DNA of 64,000 nt, taken from positions 173,331 through 237,330 of the forward strand of contig JAAOMT010000761.1 in the NCBI GenBank assembly GCA_016748015.1. The letters are read 5' to 3'. Made by a program: the position numbers and the translations under genes. Under the pieces are notes generated by a model. The model was not told the DNA's origin. It worked only from the letters and a program-made list of their open reading frames with translations, and made no database searches. Origin of the DNA: Geosiphon pyriformis uo1. Taxonomy: Eukaryota > Fungi > Glomeromycota. Position 1 is the stretch's first letter, and the number at the start of each line of letters is the position of its first letter. This document shows positions 41,600 to 52,364 of the stretch, piece after piece.

Positions 41600-43009
41600 T
41601 ATAATTTTCTTTTATTATGAGTTTGTTGTTTAGGTATTAAAATAGTAAAGTAGTATGTATTAGGGTAAAGTAGACAGCATATATAGAGTAGAGTTTATGA
41701 CAACTAATAATGTTTCTTTTTTTTGCTGTCTGTGTCTTATTCTCCTTTCTTTTGTGTAATATACTTTCTGAACAACTGTGTTCATGTATCTACTTGTACT
41801 GCTTTTTCCTTCCATTTAATGAGTGTTCTTTGATTTATGTTTATGCATCTTTGTTATTGACCAATAGCTGATTAACAAGTGGTTATTTCTCTTTTTTATC
41901 TTTTATTTTCTGTTGTCAAACCTATCTTTTTAAATGAAGGTAGGCATTTGGTATGAAAGTTTATTTTCTATGTATTACTTCTGTCTTGTTTATTTATCTG
42001 TTCATGAGAATTTTTTTGATGTTGACTAACTCATAAATTTATTGTTGTTCTCTATTTATGTATGCTCTGTTTTATTCCATCAATTGGATCTATGCTTCAG
42101 ATACATCATTTTGTTTTTTTTATCTCCATAGAATAGAATAGACACAGTAATAAAGTTTTCTGATATTATGATTGATGATTCTTTTTAAATATTCTTATGT
42201 CAATACTCTAATTTTATTTTAAATTTTGCATCTCATCTACACTGCTTTTCTCACTGTCATTTTTTAACTTGTGTCTCACTATTATCAATTTATTCACAAG
42301 AATCTAAAAACACAGTTGTAGGCTTGCAATCAGTAATATTACAATTTGAGACAGGCAAATCAAAAATTTCTTATCTGTGTACAGATATATGATACAAAAT
42401 AACTGGGTAAAAATGTGAAAGATAGAGAATAAGATACAGAAACTATTACAAATTGGTATCTGAACATTTGAAAAATTATTTTCTACTAACAGATTAGATA
42501 AAATAAAAGAACACCAGCCATTTTGCAAAAATGTTGTGAATGAAACAGTACAATTTTTGGGGTTGAAAGACTTACTTGTACTTAGGGATAACAGTAATAG
42601 AAAAGAAGAAGAAGTTTATGCTAATATCATAATTAGTGTTACTAAACGAAATTAGAGATATTATTTAACATGAAGTTATCTTTATAATTCTCATCATTAA
42701 TTAGCATATATCATTGTTTCAAATTATCATGTAGTATATTAGCAAAATGTCCGAAATTATCATTTAATTAATAACCCAATTTGTATATAACACAAATATA
42801 ACCTAATTGCGATGATCAATCATGTAATACCCCGAATTATGTAACATTCAAAAAGTTCACCGAAATTTGTAGAAATTCACCGAAATAATTGATAGTTCAC
42901 CGAAATATCTAATAGTTCGCAGAAATAACTTGTAGTTCGCCAAAATGTATCTTTAGTTCAGCAAAATTGTAGAAAATAGCAAAGTTCAAGTTCATAGAAG
43001 AGTGTTACA
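41600..43009 (-). mobile_element. Solo LTR, 1410 bp
   Basis: Termini TATAA (decayed TGTAA) and TTACA, perfect 4-bp TSD ACAA (41596-41599 and 43010-43013), splits the kinase gene. Orientation inferred from the subrepeat position. Confidence 0.72.
42854..42967. repeat. Six copies of AGTTCACCGAAAT-like motif at 20-bp period
   Basis: Starts at 42854, 42874, 42894, 42914, 42934 and 42955. Confidence 0.9.
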
Positions 43010-45275
43010 ACAAATTGTATAAAAGAAGAGCTTCTCTCTTTAAGGAAATGTATCTTGCTTTAGTTTATCACTTAGAACCATTCCTATACACACAAAAAGA
43101 AATAAATATTAAATAATTCAAAAAACCAATTTCTTTAAATATTGCACTTGAAAAATCTCCAAAAACCCAACTAACGTTTTGAAATTGATTAGCTACCAAT
43201 TTCAGTAAACTGTTAGTGACTTTAGACCTGGATAAAAAACGTTTCCCTTGACAGAATTCTATTTCTTTTACATTTCTTTTATTTTTCTTTTCTTTTCTTT
43301 TCTTTTATTATCATAATCATTAGGGTAGCTTACAGACGAGAATTTCTGTAGAAGAGTTGACTTTTACAGCAAAGTAACTACACATTTTTAGTGAGCTTCC
43401 AGATGAGCAATTTCTGGGAAAGAGTTGACATTTACTACAACATAACTACATAAAAGCAACTGGTAAGAAATTGGCCATTCCATTCATAAGTCCAGCAGCT
43501 CAAATTATAGGAGATAATTTGAGGATAAATTCAGTTACTGGAGGTTCAACCACATTCAGAAAACGTGAATTCACAGTAAACAGGCATCAACAACATTTAA
43601 GAAAAGAGACTAAAAATTTCTGGTAACATTGGTTTAAATCAATACTATAGTCAATTGATAAATAATTCACTTAATTTATCAAAGAGGTTAGATTGGAAAG
43701 TCAAAAATAATATAACTAATCAGACAAAAGCAAGAACAGGGAAAAAACAAGTAGTAAAGTATGCCAGTATATATCTTAGAGTAAATATTTCTTTAACACC
43801 AGTCTTCTATGGATGTTTAACTGACAGAAATTATTGACAATTTATAAAAGTCATCATAAATGAAGCCTGAAACAAATTGGCAATGAAAGAAAGTAAACAG
43901 TATATATAGAATGCTTAAATGGCTTTATTTATTGCTGACTTAATCAATCATTATTATAATGAATACTTGTTAAAAGCATCTAGCAAAAAAAAAAATTCTC
44001 CAAATAATGATAAGACTTATATGTCTCTTAAATTATTATTGACTCCTAAAAATCTCATGACTTCTTTCATCAAAAAAGATTTTATTATCAAATTAGACTC
44101 TGGAAATAATATTTATGTACAAGTTATATCTCACCTTGGAACTGGAAAAAAGAGTCTAGTATTTTTGGTACAACTACAGGATTATGAAATAAAGAAAGCT
44201 GTTCTAAAAGTAATTAATTTTTATATCTGTATATTAAACTTATCATATTGATCAACTAATTTTTTTTAATTGAAGATTGAGGTCTGCAAAAACTCTGAAT
44301 TTTTTCAAATCTATCAAAAAATATTGGCATTACATACAGTAAGCAATCTTTCTTGTATTCATAAAATTCTCTTTGAAGGTCATATAATAGAAAGATTTTA
44401 GGCAATAATAACAGACTTCATGAGACAATCTCTGGAATCTTGGATTTTTAATAATAATGATATAAATAATTACACACTTTTCAAATTATTGTAAATTTAT
44501 AGTTGTGTCTAAAATAGATTCACTCCGATTGTTATGCACATGGGGATGTTGCTATTTAAAACATTATATGAAGAAATAAATATTTTTATTTTATTGATTT
44601 TGGCCTTGCAACTATGCTGCAGCTTTGATTCAATTTATGTCAAGCAATTATTCAGAACTACATTGAATTGTGTTAAATTATTGCAATTATCAAGTTTGGA
44701 AGAAAAATTTTGTTGTTAGAGTTAATAAATAAATTGGAGGGAGGACTAAAACAATTTGTTATATCTGTTAAGAATACAAATAGATGGAAAATAACTAATG
44801 AAGAGAAATAGTTAGAAAAATTTGGTGCTAAAGTTCAACAATTTTATAAAAATTATCACTTGTCTGAAAAAACATTGGAAATATAACAAAAAACATTATA
44901 TTTTAAAAACATCATATATAATAGGGCTATGACAAATTTACTTTAATAATTTAATAATAAACAGATTTAAGTGTTAATTTTTTGCTTGTTAATTATTTTT
45001 TTGCATAATATGATAAAAGTAAAATTTAGTTTAACAATTAAAAATATTTAAGATTAACAATAATTATAAAGTTATTATATATAAAATGATTGTAAAACAT
45101 TAATTAAAATACATAAATACAATATTTTTTATAAAATAACAAGCTCTCATTCCTCCACAAATCCTAAAATAAAGAGTCAAAAGTTTTTTGGAAGAAGTTT
45201 TTTACCATTCAGTACAATAAATCCAAACCATTTCTGCTTGATTACGAAACTGTTGTTGGCCCTAGTATTGCTGTT

Positions 45276-47072
45276 ATGAAACAAACGATTAAAAGTTCTG
45301 GCTCTGAGGGTGGTTTCAAGGCTGTTCTGTCAAGGAAAAAGAGAAGAGGCGGTGTTCTTGAGGACAATGCTGGTGTTGAAGAGGGTTTTACTAGGGTGCA
45401 TAGTGGTCGTTCATGGGGTTCGGAGACTGGTGATACCACAGAATCTGACAGTGTTGATATGGAAGAGGAATGTCTTGTTGAGGAGACAAGTTTCAATTAT
45501 GGTAAAAGTGGTGCACTCGTTGATGGAGATTTGGATCAAACACCAAAAAGTTCACGGTTGACAACTAGGAAAGCATTGGGAAAACCTTTGGGAAAGATCG
45601 ACTTCCTGGATGACAATGATAACGATGATGTTCTTCTGGATGCCCCTCTGGTGCTTTCCCCTTCTCTTAAGAACCTGGTCAATGTTTCGGTTAGGAAGTC
45701 ATTTGTTTTGGATTTGGATCTAAAAGCAGTAGAAAAAAATTCGGCCCAAGAGAAGCTCAAAAAGATCAGGAGTTTATTTTCTGGAATTAATGGTTTTGGG
45801 GGGGGGGCGTCTACCCCCTCAAAATTCTCAGGGATCATCAAAGTGACATTCACTTCTGAATCAGGTCTAAAGAAGGCCACTGAAAAAGCTACTGATGCGA
45901 ATATTATGGTAAATACCAATTTTAAGAGATCATCTAGGTGATCAGATCGGGCTGTAGTTGTGAAAGAAATTCCAGTTGGAACATTGGCTAAGGCTGTGCG
46001 CACTGCGCTATCCGAGTTTGGAGTTATTAAGGTGATCAAAATGCAGTTGATTGGGCTGTGGCAGAAGGCAATGATAGAATTTGAATGATCGGATCAAGCT
46101 GATTTGGCCACAGCTGAGTGGTCCATATTAATCGGGAAAGATGCTGTACGTGTGGCTAGGGCTGATTCAGACAAGGAAGCGTGGAATGTAAGGGACCAAT
46201 ATAGGGCACTGCTTTACACATTGCTGATAAGAACTACCACTCATAATATCTGGGACTTTGTTAGATCTGTGGGTGAGAAAACTTGCATCATTGATCATCA
46301 TTCTGTTACGTATGCTCGGACCAGGTGTGCTATTGTTTGTTTCAACTCTGCTGAATCATTGGATGCTGCTATGGGAACCATGCCAGTACTCAGGAACACC
46401 AATCTCCACTGGTCTTGCCTCATTTCTGTTAAATGCGCCAACTGTGAGAAATTGGGTCACACATCATTGAGTTGTGCAGTTGGTGGGAAATTATCTTCTG
46501 GTAGTTTGCTGCATAGGGTTTTCTCGGATATGGATAAAAACAGGCTAGCAACCATCTATGCCAAACGCTTGGCTCCAGTTGCCCGTCCAGTCTCTTTTGG
46601 TGGTCTCTCTTGGGCAAAGGTTGCTCGCAGGTGTTCTTTGTCCCCCCTCTCTGGTCAGAATGTTGTGGTGAATAATGGCTCCTCTTCGGAGATGAAGCCA
46701 TCCCTACAAGTAGTGATGGAAGTCAACAATAGGTTTGCCGCTCTTGAGCGCAGTCTCGCCAGTCTCGCAGAGCAAGTTGGTAAGCTGGCTAAGAGGTTGG
46801 ATGCACTTAGGCCAATGGTTCCCCAGCCTAGTCCTGGATGTCAGCCGTTGGTGACCCCTTCATCACAGGATCAAGGGGCGGATGTAGTGATGAGTGAGGG
46901 TTCAGGTGTGTCCACTAGTGGTGGGAATGTCGCGGGAGCGGTGTCTTTTGATGTGTCTTCGGTGTCTAAGCTGGAAGACAGCATGAAGTGTCTAATGGAA
47001 ACAGTTCTGGACCTTTTGGCCAAAGTGGATAGTATAGGTGCACTTTCGGTGTCTCTACCCCTCACCCAATGA
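45276..47072 (+). pseudogene. LINE C ORF1 (RRM-like domains, CANCEKLGHTSLSC knuckle, coiled coil); two premature stops
   Basis: ORFs 45276-45941 and 46104-47072 lie in the same frame. Confidence 0.92.
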
Positions 47073-50000
47073 GCAGTTTAGTCTGGAAAGTTGCTACGTA
47101 CAACATCAGGGGCATGAACAATCCCACTAAGCAAGAAGACATTATTAGGTGGCATAAGGAAATGAACAATTTGGTCTCTATCATTACTGAAACGAAATTA
47201 AGAAATAGGGTTCATCTGTGGATTGCAGACAAGTTCAATGGTGTCCAAGTGTTCATTTCTGGTTTGGATTCTGGTCACCTAAGTGTGGGTGTTGCTATTA
47301 TCATGAACATTTCTTTGGCTCATCATGTGTGCAAGGTTTTTGAGGTGCCTGGTCGGCTCTTTTCCATTAAATTACTTTTCAAGGGCAAACTTTCTGTGTC
47401 AATTTTGGGACTTTATGCTGGTGCTTCTTCGGTGGTTCGGTTTTCTCAGGCTGGTGAAATCAATTCTCTCATTGCGAAAGCTGTCAACGAATCTTCTTTC
47501 ATCATTTTCGGTGGCGATTTCAATGAAAATGGCTCTCATAAAAGTGCGAGTTTCAAAAGATGCTTTGATTTGGGTCTGGTCAATTCTTTAGTTGGTAGTC
47601 CAGCTGCAAAAATACCCACTTGGGAAAATTCTAGGAGTGTTAAGAAAACAATTGATTACGTGTTTGTCTCCTCGAGTCTTGTTAATGTGATAGTGCGTCG
47701 TGAAGTTTTGAATGTCAGTGAGCATTTTGACACAGACCATCAAGCTGTTTCAGTGGATTTGGGTTTGGGTGGGCTCTTGGATACATGTTTGAATTCTCTT
47801 CGCAAGCAAGCGAATAAAGACCATTGGAAGTTTGATGTCAATAGTGCCAGTAAAGCTAAGTGGTTGGAGTTCAGGGATGTCTCAGCTGCTAATGTCTCTA
47901 TGTTCTTGGATGCTTTTGGTGTGGCAATAAGATTTTCTGATGTGGACGCTATGTGAAACATTGTTCGCAAGATTATGGTTCTTTCAGCGGGTGGCACATT
48001 TAAAAAAAAATGGTTCAAAGGTTTTGATGGCGTGTTTACCAAGACTTCTTCTAGGTTTCACAAGCTGGAGCTGCTGGTTTCTAAGTTGGTCAAGGCTTCA
48101 CATTTGGCTTCTAGTGATGGTTTTGCTTCTTTGTTGGAGGTGTGGCACAGACTTGACTCCCCTGGTGCATCAGTGGTTAAGTCTCTGTTTCTTTCAGGTT
48201 TTAATTTTGATCTTATTCGTTCTGCGCTGGCCAAAGCAAGAAAATCATACTGCTCCTTCAAATTAGTGGAATCCAAGCGCGCTGAGGAATCCTCGATCAA
48301 GCTGGCTATTGGTAAAAGGATAGAGAGTTTTAAGCTGAACAAGGGTCACACCATTAGGAGTGTGTTAGAGCATCCTTTTCACAAGGTGGTCCTGGATCAT
48401 TTGGTTGTAGAAGATGAGTTGATTTTAGAGTCTGTGTTGGTTAAGTCTAAGGTAGACAAAATTATGAAGAGATGAACCAGAAAACGTGAAGTGGTGTCTG
48501 ACTTGTCTGAGGATTGGGCTCATCAATATCAGCTTCTGGATTACATGTTCGATGGTGCTTTCTCAGATGTTATGTGTTCGATTAGTTTTGATGAGTTGTC
48601 AGCTGTTGTTAAGGATCTTCCTGATGAAAAAGCGGCTGGTCTTTCTGGTATCTCCAACAAATTATGGAAACATTGTGACAAATCTGTTTTGGATATGCTT
48701 TTGGTGCTCTTGAATTTCTGTTTGGTTGGCGAGTCGGTCCCTGAGCCTTGGAGAGAAGCTTGGGTTTTGATGATTCCTAAACCATATAAATGGGAGGATG
48801 TCCTCACAAACACCCATCCTATAGCTTTAATTGAAACGGCCCACAAGATTCTCTTTAAGATCCTTTCAGATAGGATCTCTCTGGCTTACAGCACTTTTGA
48901 TGTTCTTCGTGGGGACAATTTTTCGGTTTTGAAGGGTATGACGACACAGTCTCCCATTTTTGCTATCAGTTCTGTGATTAAGGATGCCTTGGAGAAGAAC
49001 CGTGAACTTTGGCTGGTTTTACAGTACATATGCAAGACTTATGACTCGGTGGGTTGGGAACATCTTAGGAGGAGTCTAGTTAGGATCAAAATATGTAACA
49101 GGTTTATTAGATTTTTTGGCAGTATTCACAATGGTCACATCAACAGAGTAATGACTGACTTTGGCTTAACTGATGGGTATTGTGTCCACAATGGGCTGGA
49201 TTAGGGAGAAGTCTTCTCACCTCTTCTCTGGCGTATTTTTTATGATTCACTTTTATGTGAGGTCAAGAGACAGGATAGTGTGTATGGCTACAGGTTGAAT
49301 TCTAATTTCATATTAAGAACCGGCCGGGTGAATTCTCAAGCTGAACTGTCTTTGTTTCTTACTGCCGGCGCTTTTGTTGATGATACTATTTGGGTTGGTA
49401 GCAGCCAGGCTGCTACACAATGCATTCTTGATGTTGCTAGTGAGTTTTTTAGGTTTAATGATATTTCTGTAAACAATGACAAAACGGTGGTCATCCCCAT
49501 CAATTGCCGGGTGCTGGATCCTCATTTAACTATCAGTGGTGCACCTATTTCCATTGCCAAGAGAAGGGAATCTCATCGCTATTTGGGTATTTTTTTGTCT
49601 TCTGAGGGTCTTTTGAAGTCTAGCTTGGCTAAAGCTCAGGCTGATGTACGGTTTTTTGTGAATCTTGTTTTGAGAAAGGCAATTTCAGACAAACAGTGTG
49701 CATATTTGGTGTCTGCAGTTCTTTTCCCTATCATTAGCTACAGAACTCAGTTTAGTTCGTTTCTGTTGGTGTTTGTAATAAATGGGATGCTTTAGTATGC
49801 AAGGTCTTAAAGTCCAAGTCTGGATTGCCACATAATTTCCCCAGTGATGCACTTTATCACCCCTCTTTGTACAATTTAAAAACTTTCAAACAGATCCAGG
49901 CTGAGAGTAAATCGGCCTCCGTTGTTGCTTTTGCAAATTCTACTGGTGTCTTGAGTCGCTTGTTTTCTCATAGGTCTCATGACCTCCAGGTTCTCAGCTG

Positions 50001-51756
50001 GCATCCTCGTCATTCCTTGCTGTTTCCGGCTCGTGTTGGTATCAGTTCCTCGGATAATTTTTTGGCAGATGTGGTTTGCATTTTTTTTGGATGTGATTTG
50101 TCTTTGGGAGGCCCTATAGCTTGTGGTTTTCGTCGTCAGTATGGTACTCTTATGTCTTTGGTTCTTGGTGAATCCTGTTTTTTCAAGTGCATCTCTTCGC
50201 TCAGGCATTATGGAATTGCTTTCGTGGAACAGCTTCGTGACCGTAATGGCGATGTTTTCAGTTGGGGGACCTTCAAGCATTGGAAGAGACTGGACCCTCA
50301 TGGCCCAGTCCCTTTCTGGTTTAATCTTTCTGTTTGTATTCTTGGTAGCGTTGCACTTCTCTTCTCAAGTTCTTCTTTGGTGGATGGTCATGCTGTGTCT
50401 GATATTCATCTTTCTCATGATTTTGGTGTGATTCATGATGCTTTGCCGACCATTGATGCTGCCCGCCTTTCTGTGTATACGGATGGATCTCTTTCTGGTC
50501 TGGGCACTGTTGACATGAGAGCGGGTGCTGCCATTTTTTTTGAGGACATTAACTTGGGTTTGGATGTTGGGGTGTCTAATGTGGTTTCCTCTACTCTGAC
50601 AGAACTGCAAGCCATAGCTTTGGCCTTTGAGTGTGTTCCTTTTTCTCATTTAATTGACTTGTTCTTGGATAGCCAGACTGCTTTGGATGCATGTAGGTCG
50701 GAGTCTTTGCTGGTTTGTCTGGATTTCAGGAACTGCTGTTGGATTGAGTGTTGTCACATTGCCACTGTCATTCGTCAAAAGAATTTGAATGTGAATTGGA
50801 GTAAGATGAAAGGTCATTCAGGTATCTTAGGCAACAAGCATGCGGATGCACTTGCCAAAAGTGCTGCTCTCTCTGCTTGGCACCTACTTCATTTAGTCAG
50901 TGAACATTTTCTATGTGCTGGTGGTATGGCAGTTTCTGGTAATTCTAAACACCTTGTTCGTGATGTTTTCTGGTCAGTTCATCGAGCTCATTGGGAGATT
51001 GGAGTGGGTTCTCGTGTTGTGGATGATAGTTTGTGTGCTGATATCAATTGGTTTAAGTCTTCTATGGTGTGACACCCCAATTCTCACTTGGCATCCGGTT
51101 TTACCAGCATGCGCATGGCAGGCTGTCATACTTACTTTATGAAGGCTCTCTATCATTGGCTTCTTGTTGCAATGTGCAAGCATTTATATGATAGGAGATA
51201 CCCCAGTGTGGTCTGTCTGTTTTGTGGTGACATTGAGACCTCAGATCATGTCTTTTCGTGTCCTTAGGATGCCGTTGGCCGTGCTCGTTTGTTGGGTGCA
51301 CATGTTTTAGCTTGGGAGGCTTTTTTTGGTCTTTCTCGCTCTTCTTCATGTGTTTTACAGGCCTTGGCTTCTTGTGTTTCTGAGGTTGGAGTTGGTGTTG
51401 CTCTGTGTAAGGGCTTTGTTTTTAATGAATGGTTTCGTGAGTCTGTTTCGGTCTTTAAAGATTCTAAGGAGGGTGCTAAGAGGATTGTGAGCTTTGTGCG
51501 TGAGTTTTGTTTAGCATTTTGGGATGATGTTTGGTTGGTCCGGGCCAGACATCGAGCGTTTATGGAAAAGCACAGTTTGATTCCACATGATGGCTCCACT
51601 CCTGCTTCAGTTTCTGGTTTGTCTATGGTGTTTTCGGCTGGTGTGGTCAGATTGCTGGGGGTGGCTGAGGCTTTTGGAGTTGGTTTCGGGTTTTGTAAGT
51701 TTTGTCCGTTTTTTTCAGGTATTGGAGATCCAGTTTCTGTGCATATAGGTGTATAG
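47069..51756 (+). pseudogene. LINE C ORF2: APE endonuclease, RT, RNase H, C-terminal CCHC
   Basis: TYNIRG, ETKL, GGDFN, IDY, TDH; IPKP, PIALIET, YDSV, GEVFSPLL, AFVDD; YTDGS, ELQAI, DSQ, KGHSGILGN..AD; CLFCGDIETSDHVFSC. Five stops and one frameshift near 49760. Confidence 0.95.
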
Positions 51757-52364
51757 TGTAGTCTTAATTAGCCCAAGTGGCTGGTCACATGTAGAAAACA
51801 CATGATTCGCACCTAGTTTAGATCATTTGTATGATGTATAGCACTAGGTTGCATTTGGACCTCACTCATTAAAATAAAAAAAATAAAAAAATAACAAACA
51901 GTATATTTTTTTTATGTTTTAATAAAACATAATTTAATACAATATAATATTAAAATATTTTAAATTAAACATAATTTATACTTTATTTACATATAATTAA
52001 CCAGTTAAGTTAATTAAAATTAAATTATATTGGATTTACAAAAATAAATTTACTTAAGATAATTATTTTTTATATAATTACAATTTGATTATTATAATTA
52101 AAAACTAAATTAACTAAAAAACAAACATATATTATGTTATTATAAAAAAAGAAAAGAAAAAAAATTCAAAATTTTATGTTTTATATGATTTTATATGATA
52201 TGTAATTTTGGATTTTTATTAATCAATTTTTTTTTTTATTAATGCTTTTAACGAGTGAAGTCCAACTGCTATCTAGTACATAGAGCCAAACTAAGTGACC
52301 CAAACTAAATACAATTTATGCACTTACTACATATGACTAGCCACTTAGGCCAGTCAAGACAACA

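Larger units (their letters stand above)
41280..44950 (+). pseudogene. Coiled-coil + REase-like + protein kinase gene (Crinkler-like layout) disrupted by a solo LTR
   Basis: K/E-rich coil 41300-41595; QVVKY...FYGCLTDRNY*QFIKV at 43745-43855; HLGTGKKSLVF...AVLK at 44130-44209; GT..AG intron 44210-44276; AHGDVAI*NII...IDFGLA at 44535-44612. Confidence 0.75.
45143..51887 (+). mobile_element. LINE copy C, full length, least decayed
   Basis: TSD AAAATAACAA (45133-45142 and 51888-51897), A-rich tail, two ORFs with few disruptions. Confidence 0.96.

Noticed and set aside
42854-42967. CRISPR-like repeat-spacer array
   Set aside because: Repeats are 13 bp and spacers 7-8 bp, there are no cas genes, and it lies in a eukaryotic LTR.
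45143-45275. 5' self-cleaving ribozyme in LINE 5' UTR
   Set aside because: No HDV or hammerhead core found; the UTRs are short, AT-rich and differ between subfamilies.
51772-51870. tRNA/Pol III A-box-like T(G/A)GCCC(G/A)AGTGG in LINE 3' UTR
   Set aside because: No convincing B-box or cloverleaf; better explained as part of the closing stem.
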